From the sequence record MN871446.1: a DNA stretch of 64,000 bases. One strand, 5' to 3'. This document shows, in pieces, positions 54,823 through 64,000 of this stretch; position 1 is the first letter of the stretch; each line of letters begins with the position of its first letter. This DNA comes from Klebsiella phage KpLz-2_45. Below the pieces are notes generated by a model. It ran no database searches. It worked only from the letters and a program-made list of their open reading frames with translations, and was not told the DNA's origin. A program made the translations under genes and the position numbers.

Positions 54823-57501
54823 TTATACCGTATAACGCCACGTCGAGTTCGTTAGCGTGACTGCGCCGGTGATCGTAATGTTGACCCTTTCTTGGTAATA
54901 CAGCACCAAGTTCAACGGGTAAGTACCCGCGGCTGTATAATTGTACAATATTTGGTCGTTCACTTTGATAACGCATGTACCACCAGAAGGGACAGTCAAA
55001 TCACCGTGGTACTTACCCGCGCGACGATAATTATAGACGTAGTCAACGCCTGTTAATGGTAGTGCGGTTGTCGTCAAATCAACATGGGTAGCGTCCCGCA
55101 TTCCAAAAGATGATTGTGTCCCGTCCCCATATCGAATACGTGAGTAGCTTGTTTGTGCGCTCTGGAAATACGCCAGTTGACTTTGTAGCTTAAGGTAAAT
55201 GACGTAATTAAAATTATTATCGTCCCATTTACAGTTCCGAGTACTAAAGAAGAAATTGGGATTAGGACTGTCTACACGGACGATGTACATCTGATCTTCG
55301 GTGAGGTTAGTCCACCCAGAATGGGTATTATAGAATTCGATATTATCGAGCGTCATTTTCCCGTAAAGAACAGTTGCGTCTACGTAGAACACAGGTTGCG
55401 CTGCGTAACCTCCAGCGTAGTAATCGAGATTGTAGAAGATCCCTTTCGAAATTGTGACAATACCAGTATCATTAGGTTGACCAATGCGTTGTCCGGTATA
55501 TTGTAACTTGGTCGTATCGTTAGTGACGTAGACCACTCTTGACATATACCAGCCCGTAATATCGGCAATGCCAACGTAAGCATTGTAGCCCATGCGAATA
55601 AACTCGCCAGGATAATACGCATTAACAAGGCCGATTGAAACACGGGAGTTACAGATTTCAATACAGTACGCGCCGGGGAGGGTTTGGGCAAGAGTCGGGC
55701 CGCCTTGGACACCAAAGATCTTGTTGATAGTGATCGCTGGAGTATCCCAAATTCTGACGTGAGGACCGCCGCCTGAACCTACTAACAGACTTCCTATCGT
55801 TACTGTTCCGCAAGTATCAATAATCAATCCACCTGTCGCCAGCAGCGGTGGGACAAAGTCTTCGTAATGTTCTAGTCCTACATCGTACATTTCTTTCAGA
55901 ACGGAAGCTTGGGAATTATTCTGCTCCCAAAGGTATTCAACTTTACCTAAGCCTGAACCAGTGTTTCGAAGATAGAACCCGCGACCCACTGTTTTGTTAT
56001 TCATCCTTAATGTACCAAGATTCTGAATGGACGGTAGGACGACGGTAAGATCTGGCCACTTCGCTGTTACATCGGTATAATTAGACTTCCCTAAGGAGTA
56101 AAGTACGGTTCCTGCGTAAGCACCTGCCGATATCTTAATATCCGGGGCGTTAACCATACTTTCCAGTCGTAACGCGTAGTTAGTGTCCACCAAGCCAGCA
56201 ATCTGTGCAGTGGTGTAATTATTGACTTGGAATGTCAGCGAGGTGTTGTCAATCTCAATATCGAACAGCGGACGGTTCGCTTGCACCACAAACCAACCCG
56301 CCCCTTGATCTAACGCATAACGCCCCGTAATACCGAAACGATCGCCGGAATTAGTTGGAAGAATCCACGACAGAGATTCAGGGAATGTTCCACAGCGAAT
56401 ATAATGGCGCTGAGCAAGGTAGACCACGCCTTTATCTAACCCGGTAATAATCGATTGCGGGTAACCGTTAGAGGAGAGTTGTCCGGCTGCTTTCAATGCA
56501 TTTTTAAATGCGGTATCTTGGGGTGCGGTGGTTTGGTCGTAACTCTTAACGCCTGCCCAGGCGAGCTTCACTACGTTCCCATTGATTCGACGTTTCCAAA
56601 GTCTGCCTAATTTATCAACAAGATGAACGCAGTCATCATCTGTTTTACTACCAGCTACGCTTTGTCGATCGAAAATCCCTTCCCCACCATCACCGGCGGT
56701 GCTGTAACCGTAAAGAGACAACGTGCTTGCATAACCCGTATAGTTGCGAAGATCAGCGTAATTCCCTGTACCGACCAGCCCTGCTCCATAGACGCTACTT
56801 AAATCAGCAGTAGCTACCCGCGCGCCTATGGCGGCCTCTACGGTGCCGCCTGCTGCCATTCCGATATTTGCAGCACCTGTCGGCCCGCTAAATAGACTGA
56901 GCAACGCTTCGTTGACTTTCTCAATGTCATCGCTACCAAAACAGATCGCTACTACGGTTTGATTTTCTTTTACTGGTGTAGCGAGTTTAAAGCTCAACAT
57001 ATCGCCAGCAACTAATTCAAAACCTACGTCTTTAAACTGACGCAAACCATCGACGTACACTTCCTGTACTGCGACATTCCCCGCTAAAGGAACCGTGAAG
57101 GTTTGCTCCCCGCCGTTACTTAACCCGCCATTATAAACCCACTGTACAATCGCCCCTTTATTCTTCAGAGCTTTATTCAACAGCGCGTAAGTACCGTAAG
57201 TGATTTGTTCACTATTAGCATTCAATAACGGGGTGGCGCCACCGGCACTGTTAACCCAGCCTTGAACATGCTCTTTAGTATCGTCAGTGTAAACAAAGAA
57301 CACATCGCCAGGAACCGTTGCCGAAACACCCGCCGCAGTACTCGAGTAGGCGTTCTCAAACATGATACTTTCACGTAACGCACGGAGTGTTGTTTTATAC
57401 GTGTCGTTTTCTTCTTTAACTTGAGCAATGGGGATAAACCCATTCTCTGAGGCTACCGACAAAGCCGGTAATTCGGTAATCTTTAAGCTAGACTTATCCA
57501 T
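54823..57501 (-). CDS. tailspike protein (largest, 892 aa)
   Basis: Long Gly/Thr/Asn/Tyr-rich ORF between two terminator hairpins. Confidence 0.7.
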   Translation of the reverse strand: MDKSSLKITELPALSVASENGFIPIAQVKEENDTYKTTLRALRESIMFENAYSSTAAGVSATVPGDVFFVYTDDTKEHVQGWVNSAGGATPLLNANSEQITYGTYALLNKALKNKGAIVQWVYNGGLSNGGEQTFTVPLAGNVAVQEVYVDGLRQFKDVGFELVAGDMLSFKLATPVKENQTVVAICFGSDDIEKVNEALLSLFSGPTGAANIGMAAGGTVEAAIGARVATADLSSVYGAGLVGTGNYADLRNYTGYASTLSLYGYSTAGDGGEGIFDRQSVAGSKTDDDCVHLVDKLGRLWKRRINGNVVKLAWAGVKSYDQTTAPQDTAFKNALKAAGQLSSNGYPQSIITGLDKGVVYLAQRHYIRCGTFPESLSWILPTNSGDRFGITGRYALDQGAGWFVVQANRPLFDIEIDNTSLTFQVNNYTTAQIAGLVDTNYALRLESMVNAPDIKISAGAYAGTVLYSLGKSNYTDVTAKWPDLTVVLPSIQNLGTLRMNNKTVGRGFYLRNTGSGLGKVEYLWEQNNSQASVLKEMYDVGLEHYEDFVPPLLATGGLIIDTCGTVTIGSLLVGSGGGPHVRIWDTPAITINKIFGVQGGPTLAQTLPGAYCIEICNSRVSIGLVNAYYPGEFIRMGYNAYVGIADITGWYMSRVVYVTNDTTKLQYTGQRIGQPNDTGIVTISKGIFYNLDYYAGGYAAQPVFYVDATVLYGKMTLDNIEFYNTHSGWTNLTEDQMYIVRVDSPNPNFFFSTRNCKWDDNNFNYVIYLKLQSQLAYFQSAQTSYSRIRYGDGTQSSFGMRDATHVDLTTTALPLTGVDYVYNYRRAGKYHGDLTVPSGGTCVIKVNDQILYNYTAAGTYPLNLVLYYQERVNITITGAVTLTNSTWRYTV

Positions 57502-57550
57502 TTCGGTACCTGTATAGTCTGGGTAAATAAGAGGGTATCTAGATCGTCAT

Positions 57551-57585
57551 AAAAACACAAGAGTAGGGCCGATCGGCCCTACTCT
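57551..57585 (-). terminator. rho-independent terminator
   Basis: AGAGTAGGGCC-GATC-GGCCCTACTCT followed by a U-rich tract on the minus strand. Confidence 0.6.
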
Positions 57586-57600
57586 CTATATTTTCAGCGC

Positions 57601-57810
57601 TTAACTTCCTTCTTCTTCAAAACGATTATAGGTTACCGATCTGGTGTCATCAATCAGTCCAGAGCTCTGAAGTGTCTGGTCAGCCAACATTAGGATAACG
57701 CTATCGTTGGTTTCCTCCGTCTCGAAGGTTGCTACCGCACCTTCTGAATGAGTAGAAGAAACCAAATAATTATTCTCTAATGCGGTTGTCGTAATATAAA
57801 AAGTTTTCAT
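57601..57810 (-). CDS. small acidic protein (possible tail-fibre-associated)
   Basis: 69 aa; coupled 3 nt after the upstream gene; followed by a terminator. Confidence 0.4.
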   Translation of the reverse strand: MKTFYITTTALENNYLVSSTHSEGAVATFETEETNDSVILMLADQTLQSSGLIDDTRSVTYNRFEEEGS

Positions 57811-57813
57811 GTC

Positions 57814-59796
57814 TTAACCTATCAAAAGTCGGTCACAAGTAACCGTCGGATTTTTTAATGTTATCGTCCCCACGAAACCGGTAATACGCAACCCGACTCT
57901 AGCAAATTGCATAGGGTTTGTTGTGTTAGTGTACGAGTTGGCCACTACTGCTTGAGTACAAAAACCTTGATAAGCCCCTAATAAATTATTAGCAGTCGCT
58001 AAAGCGCCGACATCAACGGCTGCGCTGTATACGGTTGATGTTGTTTTATCGGCAATCGCGGTGCTGTTCAGTGTTAAAGTGCTATGGACCTCAACACCGC
58101 ACGATACGTTCACGTTACCTGTCAAAGCACTGTCAACGATAATAGAACCTAACGCACGGAATTTATCATAAGGTAATAGATCGAATGGCATAGAGCACAT
58201 GATATAAAAGACACTACTTGTTGATGCAGATGTTACAGAGATACCCTGTAAATTGTCGGTAGGATCAACTGCCGAGTAGGTCCATGCGCCGTTTACATTA
58301 TACCAGCCGTATGAATCCGCAGTATTGATATTTGTCGAATATGCCGACCCAGCCGTCCCAGAAAATCTATTGGTGCTAATAACCCGTTCATCTGTTGCTG
58401 TAGGGTTAAATTTGGCAAGGAAAATACTAGCGGAAGTTAAGACGTCTTCTTTCGACTTTTGCCAGTCGACATCAATAGCATTATTAGCCGGCGCTCCGTT
58501 AATAATCAAAGATTGATATCCGGTTGTAGCCTGTAAAAAGGTCTCGTTACCCATGAATACTCGGGTTTCTTTGTCTATATTTACATAGCTGTTAATAGTA
58601 GAAGAGAAAAACCAAGTTCTATTCCATACCGTTTGTCCGGTACGTAAGTCAATTACGCACCCAGTGAAATTTATCTTTTTCCCTTGTTTTGGGTATAGTG
58701 TTGAGTTAACAACATTAACCAACATTCCTTGGACGCCTTCGATATGACATCTATCAAAAACAATATTAGCATTCCCACTTTTAGTGATTTTCACCATATC
58801 ACCGGTAGGGTAATCTAGCGAACAGTTAGAAAAGAACATTTCGAATGCGTTGTTTTCAATGTAGATTAAATCTGAATCTGAATCTGCGATAGTGGCATTA
58901 TCGAAAGTAAGTTTTTCCCCAGAGTTTGTCTTGCTATCGCCGAGTATAGCAATCGCATAATTATTACGACCTAAATGAAATGTCGAGAACGTATTGATGT
59001 AGTTATCGACGGGGTTAATCTTGATTCCATAAAAGAAACCCAGTGACTGAAAGTTGTTAATTGTGGCGCCACGAACATCGATAAAACCAGAAACTGAATT
59101 TCCGATTGTAATTCCTGCATTACTGGTTCTAGCGGCGCCAGTAGGGTGCGTCAATGTTAACCTGCCACCAACAAAAATAGAACGTTCGGATTCCCATAAT
59201 AAAACTTGTCTTGCCCTAACAGTACTGGTGAAAAGTGTATCTAATAAAGTAGGGAAATGACTGTTATCAATCACAATACCGTCGGTATTAGTGACCCCGT
59301 AGAAATCGAAATAAGTATCCGATTCCATTTTTAAGGTGACGAATGACGGAAGATAAATTGTACCCGACAGAGCGTACCTATTTGCGCCAAATTTTATTGC
59401 GGGGATTTTGATAGTGGTCGTAAAATTAATAATTCCTAATGCAGTGCTATACTTGATAGCGAGGTCGGTAGCAATTTTATTAATGCACGCCGAGAGATCT
59501 GTAAAACCTGGCTTCCCTAATAAGAAAAGTGGGTTGTAACCCTCTGAAAGATCAGCCCTCCAAAACTTTCCAGTGACTGACAAAAAGAGAGAATAGCCAT
59601 CATCTACAGCACTAGAAAGGGTGTCATCGTAATAGAGGACTTCGTTTAATACAGGACCGCCTGTGAATGCACGCTGAAGAATCACACTTTGTCCACTAAC
59701 CCAGGGTTTAAAACTACGTAAATCGTCAAGAGTACTGAGTACAACTCTTGAATATTCGCCGTTACTGCCTCGCGGTTTATTAAAATCAGTTAACAT
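57814..59796 (-). CDS. tailspike protein, N-terminal module homologous to 59875-62145
   Basis: 660 aa; LDDLRSFKPWVSGQSVILQRAFTGGPVLN versus IADLRKFEPWYAGQKIILERAVQGGPLIN in the next gene; GAGGT SD. Confidence 0.7.
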   Translation of the reverse strand: MLTDFNKPRGSNGEYSRVVLSTLDDLRSFKPWVSGQSVILQRAFTGGPVLNEVLYYDDTLSSAVDDGYSLFLSVTGKFWRADLSEGYNPLFLLGKPGFTDLSACINKIATDLAIKYSTALGIINFTTTIKIPAIKFGANRYALSGTIYLPSFVTLKMESDTYFDFYGVTNTDGIVIDNSHFPTLLDTLFTSTVRARQVLLWESERSIFVGGRLTLTHPTGAARTSNAGITIGNSVSGFIDVRGATINNFQSLGFFYGIKINPVDNYINTFSTFHLGRNNYAIAILGDSKTNSGEKLTFDNATIADSDSDLIYIENNAFEMFFSNCSLDYPTGDMVKITKSGNANIVFDRCHIEGVQGMLVNVVNSTLYPKQGKKINFTGCVIDLRTGQTVWNRTWFFSSTINSYVNIDKETRVFMGNETFLQATTGYQSLIINGAPANNAIDVDWQKSKEDVLTSASIFLAKFNPTATDERVISTNRFSGTAGSAYSTNINTADSYGWYNVNGAWTYSAVDPTDNLQGISVTSASTSSVFYIMCSMPFDLLPYDKFRALGSIIVDSALTGNVNVSCGVEVHSTLTLNSTAIADKTTSTVYSAAVDVGALATANNLLGAYQGFCTQAVVANSYTNTTNPMQFARVGLRITGFVGTITLKNPTVTCDRLLIG

Positions 59797-59831
59797 TGCC
59801 TATACCTCAGAATTGAAAGACTAAGTCATAG

Positions 59832-59863
59832 AAAAATCAGAGGAGGTCATGTACCTCCTCTGA
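59832..59863 (-). terminator. rho-independent terminator
   Basis: TCAGAGGAGGT-CATGT-ACCTCCTCTGA followed by ATTTTTCT. Confidence 0.6.
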
Positions 59864-59874
59864 TTAATTTGTTA

Positions 59875-62145
59875 TTATTCGTTAATGAACCAAAAAACAG
59901 GTAACTTAACGAAAACGGAACCAGTAAAACCGGTTAAGTTAATAGAAAGGCTAAGCTGATCCGCATAACTGGCTTTTCTAACTACCATCGGGAACGCTAT
60001 ATAACCAACATCCGATAAACCGGTGATCGTTTTTTTCTTCGTAAAATGTGTATCTGTCGAAATAGGGGTTCCGTTATCAGTGGCTATAAGTGCCCTACTC
60101 TCTGTCACTGTTGCAACGCTTCCTGAGACAGTCCCCGCATAGGTCGGGTAATCTAAATACTTAATTGTGTTGTAAACGCTCAATCCACTAGTGTAGTCCG
60201 ATCCTTGTTTGATGGAAATAACTGACGCTAAAATAGGATTCAAAAGACCGTTTGAGGTTACTCTTTTCATCAGCTCAAGCGTTGTTATATTACTGGTTGC
60301 AGTACTATTTATTTTTACAGTAACATAGCCGTCGTCATCTAAAGCAGCTAATTTGGTGATAGTGACTCCAGCGCCTGTGAAACTAAATTTAATCTGTGAT
60401 TGGGAATCTGTTTGGTTTATCATATCGGTATCTGTAGCAACCGAATTAAAATAGTGTCGCCATCCCATAATCGACTGTTGATAATCCCCGATCAGAGGAG
60501 TTAATGAACGTAAAACCCCGGACGGGTGAATTGTATTATATCCGCCTTTTACTACGCAGACAAACTGATCTCCGGTCCCATCACCGTAGTCGCCGCCTTT
60601 GTTAGTTTGACCGGTTAAAGAATAATACGGGGACCAATATTCATTAGGTAACTCCCATGCGCATGAATCAAAGGTCACACCTAAATCTTTATCTGGTGCT
60701 GAAATCATTTGGCGAACATAACTCGCTCTGAAAGTACTAGAATAGTAAGCAGATTTAAAATTATTAGGGTAAATAAAAGTCCCGAGGAACTCAAAAATAT
60801 TACGAATATTCCAAGTGCTATTCGTAAACATTTGGGTTTTTTCTGGCTGGTTAATTAATTTCCCCCCGAACCCTTCAATCCAACCCCTTTCCATTCTGAC
60901 CCTAACCCCGGAACTATATTTATTACATTTGAAAACATCGCCATCGGTATAATCAAGGCTACAATCCACGATAGAAATTATCCCGGCCCTGTCAAAGAGG
61001 AAATGAGCCAATGTAGTGTTCCCGATAACTCCATTTTTGAATACTATTTTTTCCCCTGAATTTATCGGAGTGTCGTTACTTTCAAAAAAGACTCCGGCTA
61101 CGCAATCTGCAATGTTAAAATCTGAAAAAGTATTGCAATAAAAGTTAATGTAATTAATTCTGATCCCGTACTTAAAGCCTTTCACGCGGAAGTTCTTGAT
61201 ATTTAAATCGCGAACCGACATTGGTGAAGTACCATATGTCGCTAACCTTATTCCCGCTCCAGTTGTTGTATCTTTACCTGGGCCTAAAATAAAGAAAGAC
61301 CCGCCATTAGCGTTAAAGAAATTCGACCCCTGAGTATCGACGAAATTACTATCCGGCATCTGGCCAGCTGCAACACCAGTGATACCTTCATTCGTGATAA
61401 CGATCGCGTCATCGTTTGTTAGAGAAGTGACTAAATAAATATTCCCATAAGAGACTAAAGAAAAGAACGAGGGGATTTTAACTTGTTTCTCTAGCACGTA
61501 TTTATCAGAAAACTGAGGAAAGAAAATCTGAGTGCTAACACCGAAAGTATTCTTGTTAGCGGAAACTTTGGCGGTAGTAAAATCAACAATTTTTTGGATT
61601 GCGGCTCCTGTACCCGTACCGTCGCTTTTCACTCCGGCCAAACGAATATCTACCCCTTTAGAGACATCAACTTTCCAACGGGCACCTTTGGGAGTCACCA
61701 TAATTGAGAAGTCATTATCAGCGGAAGCAACGTCGCTAGAATCATAATTGGCAATAATATTGATTAGCGGACCGCCTTGTACAGCACGCTCTAAAATAAT
61801 TTTTTGCCCTGCGTACCACGGCTCAAATTTTCTGAGGTCGGCAATCGTCGCGATAGAAACGGTTGTCAACGCTGCGGGAAACGCCGCTCCCTGGAATACC
61901 CCTTTATCAGTCGTTATCGTCGCCACGGTACCGCTGATACTGATCCCTGAAACAACCCCCGTGACGGCACTGACGTTGAAGATTTCTTTTGACGCTGGAT
62001 CAACGCCGAAAGAAAAAATGGTCAGGTCTACATTTTTATCGAGTGTAGCAATACTACTCAACGGGATATTTAATAACTGAGAGAACATTTCTGCGCTTGA
62101 CTGAACAGACGTCGTTCCGGATGGTTGGATGAAATTGGTTTGCAT
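59875..62145 (-). CDS. tailspike protein
   Basis: 756 aa; AAGGAA SD; terminators on both sides. Confidence 0.7.
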   Translation of the reverse strand: MQTNFIQPSGTTSVQSSAEMFSQLLNIPLSSIATLDKNVDLTIFSFGVDPASKEIFNVSAVTGVVSGISISGTVATITTDKGVFQGAAFPAALTTVSIATIADLRKFEPWYAGQKIILERAVQGGPLINIIANYDSSDVASADNDFSIMVTPKGARWKVDVSKGVDIRLAGVKSDGTGTGAAIQKIVDFTTAKVSANKNTFGVSTQIFFPQFSDKYVLEKQVKIPSFFSLVSYGNIYLVTSLTNDDAIVITNEGITGVAAGQMPDSNFVDTQGSNFFNANGGSFFILGPGKDTTTGAGIRLATYGTSPMSVRDLNIKNFRVKGFKYGIRINYINFYCNTFSDFNIADCVAGVFFESNDTPINSGEKIVFKNGVIGNTTLAHFLFDRAGIISIVDCSLDYTDGDVFKCNKYSSGVRVRMERGWIEGFGGKLINQPEKTQMFTNSTWNIRNIFEFLGTFIYPNNFKSAYYSSTFRASYVRQMISAPDKDLGVTFDSCAWELPNEYWSPYYSLTGQTNKGGDYGDGTGDQFVCVVKGGYNTIHPSGVLRSLTPLIGDYQQSIMGWRHYFNSVATDTDMINQTDSQSQIKFSFTGAGVTITKLAALDDDGYVTVKINSTATSNITTLELMKRVTSNGLLNPILASVISIKQGSDYTSGLSVYNTIKYLDYPTYAGTVSGSVATVTESRALIATDNGTPISTDTHFTKKKTITGLSDVGYIAFPMVVRKASYADQLSLSINLTGFTGSVFVKLPVFWFINE

Positions 62146-62175
62146 TTAATTGAATTCCTTTAGGCATCAAGAAAG

Positions 62176-62208
62176 AATAAAAGAGGGAAAGGTTTTCCTT
62201 TCCCTCTT
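62176..62208 (-). terminator. rho-independent terminator
   Basis: AAGAGGGAAAGG-TTTT-CCTTTCCCTCTT followed by a T-tract. Confidence 0.65.
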
Positions 62209-62212
62209 TACG

Positions 62213-62515
62213 TTAACTACCGAGTGTAGCGCCTAACAATAAAGCCAGCTCGCTCTCGGCTTGTTGCAAAATCTTTTCCCCATCCGTCGTCTCAGTCAGG
62301 ATTTTAAAGGTCGTTTCTCCCGGAGAAAATTCATCTGCTTCAATACTGAAATAAACTTCCGCGGTATCTCCGACAAATTTCCCGCCGTAGTTTATGCTCA
62401 GCGCAGTGTATGTTAAAGAAATTGTTCTTGGAATAGGGTTGCTGAACATCCCGAATTCTTCGACAGATTCTTTAACAAAGACCTCTTTCGTTATTGTAAA
62501 ACTCATTGTGAGCAT
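62213..62515 (-). CDS. hypothetical protein
   Basis: 100 aa; 3 nt after the upstream stop. Confidence 0.45.
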   Translation of the reverse strand: MLTMSFTITKEVFVKESVEEFGMFSNPIPRTISLTYTALSINYGGKFVGDTAEVYFSIEADEFSPGETTFKILTETTDGEKILQQAESELALLLGATLGS

Positions 62516-62518
62516 TCC

Positions 62519-64000
62519 TTAGAGTTGAGTGATTTCAATTTCAATCCCGTAGACATTCCCCGCAACAGCAGTATCGGTGTTTTGGGACGTCCCGCGATAT
62601 AAGGCTGGAGGGATAACAATGTCAAAACACTGTCCATTGTTTGCTGAGAAATATCCCGCTTGCATACCCATGTAGGTTTGTGCATAAATCGTGTTTGTCG
62701 TGAAAGACGAATAAGGAGATAATGTCGTCGTATAAACACTATTTGACAGCGTAGTCTCTGCTTTTAATTTTTCGTGTTCAATGACCGAAGCAACATAACT
62801 TTGACCCTGGGTACTAACAGTATACGTTCTACTGTTGACGTGGTTAGAGCCATTTATTCTGATTTCAACCTTGAAGGTACTGTTCACGGGCAAATTCGTG
62901 ACCCTGATAATTCCGTTATCAGTTGTAGCCGTTGCTGTTGAGGTTAGGCTGGTTCGATAACATATACGGGCTCCCTTGGTCTGGATTGGGGAACGCGCAC
63001 CGTATGGCGAATTGCCGTAGTTACAGCGCCCATATGTATACGTACTCCCATCAGATGTCGGGTACGCAAGATTATCCCAGGCCGGATAACTGTTAACATT
63101 ACCCGCTGTAGGAACAATAAGGACTCCGTCCGTATAGCCGAATTGGTTATCATCATTTTGCCATCTAACATCAACGCAACTGTTCAATGTTTCCGTAACG
63201 AAGGTTCTGACCAACGTACCGAAGTTAGATTGTTTAAGGCCATCAAAACGGGTTTGTACTTCTCCCTGCACAAAACCAGAATAAGCCCTGACGTAGAAAA
63301 TTATTTGGGGATCGTTCGCATAAGTTACCCCTATCCAGCCGCCAACATCGAAATGACTAGAGTACATGAAGGCGCGATCAACGTTATTACCGCCACCTAA
63401 AACAACGGCTTTCGATGCCTTCCCTACCCCAGAACCAAAGTTAAAATAATAACGTTTAACTGTTGTACCGTAGAAACTTTGCCACGCCGATTTCGAATAA
63501 AAGAGGATACCTTGTAAGCAGTGACGAATGTTTAAGTTCTCTGCATAGAAGTTCTCTGTCCAAGAAATCTCGTTACAAACCACGACGGCCGCCGAAAGAA
63601 CATAACCATGTGCATGGAAGTTCTTGAGTTCATTACCCCAACCATCTGCGAACCGGACAAAGTGAAGCGGATTGACCGTATCGGTGCAATAAGCGTAAAT
63701 TCCGGACAGTTTACCTGGGTTCCAACAAGGAGCCCCTGCTACGGTATTGAAGAATTTAATACCGTAGGTTTCCCCACCTGTCTTAAACTTATGATTTAAC
63801 TGGACAGAATCCATCCCCGTCCCATCACCGCCACGAATGTGCAATGGGCATTTGGTGACGTCAACTGCGACGCTGCCATAAAACGTGTACATGGTATTGG
63901 AAGGTGGGATAGTAATCAATGTGATATTTTTCAGGCGACTGAATGCTACGGCAGCGGTAAGTGCGTTCGTAATATCAGAGCCTGCAATCACTCCGTAATT
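62519..64000 (-). CDS. tailspike/beta-helix protein, 5'-truncated by window edge
   Basis: ORF open to the window end (no in-frame stop between the GTG at 63991 and position 64000). Composition is like the other RBPs, and it lacks the N-terminal anchor domain seen in them. Confidence 0.6.
   Translation of the reverse strand, partial: NYGVIAGSDITNALTAAVAFSRLKNITLITIPPSNTMYTFYGSVAVDVTKCPLHIRGGDGTGMDSVQLNHKFKTGGETYGIKFFNTVAGAPCWNPGKLSGIYAYCTDTVNPLHFVRFADGWGNELKNFHAHGYVLSAAVVVCNEISWTENFYAENLNIRHCLQGILFYSKSAWQSFYGTTVKRYYFNFGSGVGKASKAVVLGGGNNVDRAFMYSSHFDVGGWIGVTYANDPQIIFYVRAYSGFVQGEVQTRFDGLKQSNFGTLVRTFVTETLNSCVDVRWQNDDNQFGYTDGVLIVPTAGNVNSYPAWDNLAYPTSDGSTYTYGRCNYGNSPYGARSPIQTKGARICYRTSLTSTATATTDNGIIRVTNLPVNSTFKVEIRINGSNHVNSRTYTVSTQGQSYVASVIEHEKLKAETTLSNSVYTTTLSPYSSFTTNTIYAQTYMGMQAGYFSANNGQCFDIVIPPALYRGTSQNTDTAVAGNVYGIEIEITQL

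Noticed and set aside
45438-62145. T4-type late promoters (TATAAATA) in front of tailspike genes
   Set aside because: I searched the leaders of the RBP genes on the coding strand and found no consistent TATAAATA box. The recurring motif that does occur (GTGATATAGA) is absent from all RBP leaders except the 51179 copy, which lies downstream of the RBP gene 51216-52943 and serves 50800-51045 rather than any RBP gene.
1-64000. CRISPR arrays, tRNA/rRNA genes, integrase or transposase
   Set aside because: No direct-repeat/spacer periodicity was seen. Intergenic gaps are mostly under 150 nt and contain only hairpins and the promoter motif. No protein resembles a recombinase or transposase.

Overview
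This 64 kb window is a densely packed segment of a large virulent tailed-phage genome, about 45% GC by eye. Roughly 100 ORFs are coded almost entirely on the minus strand, with frequent 1-11 nt start/stop overlaps. No rRNA, tRNA, CRISPR or transposase was found.

Three zones are visible.

(i) 0-20 kb: small hypothetical genes of early/middle type, plus two BCS1-like AAA+ ATPases, a BRCT-like protein and a HigA-like HTH protein.

(ii) 20-45 kb: an accessory island containing
- a TARG1/DarG-like macro domain and a second macro domain,
- Tpt1/KptA RNA 2'-phosphotransferase,
- an HD hydrolase,
- a possible NADAR-like protein,
- a dUMP-specific ThyA-family enzyme carrying three copies of an inserted ~55-aa module,
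- dUTPase,
- a PnuC-NadR NAD+ salvage pair.

(iii) 45.4-64 kb: an array of at least 8 individually terminated tail-fibre/tailspike (beta-helix) genes, the last one truncated by the window edge.

A conserved ~27-nt intergenic motif (TTCAC-N4-5-GTGATATAGA-N2-4-AAAAC on the + strand) occurs 8 times, always upstream of minus-strand genes and usually just after a terminator hairpin; it is probably a phage-specific promoter.

The most interesting hypothesis is a phage toolkit for NAD+ supply plus reversal or processing of ADP-ribose modifications (macro x2, Tpt1, HD, NADAR-like, PnuC/NadR). This would be a counter-defence against ADP-ribosylating or NAD-depleting host immunity.

All calls are from reading translated ORFs and the sequence. 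No database search was possible. Gene coordinates follow the supplied ORF track; eleven minus-strand starts were moved to a coupled ATG/GTG with a better RBS, and two sub-60-aa ORFs absent from the track were added. Hairpin and motif coordinates are hand-counted and may be 1-2 nt off.
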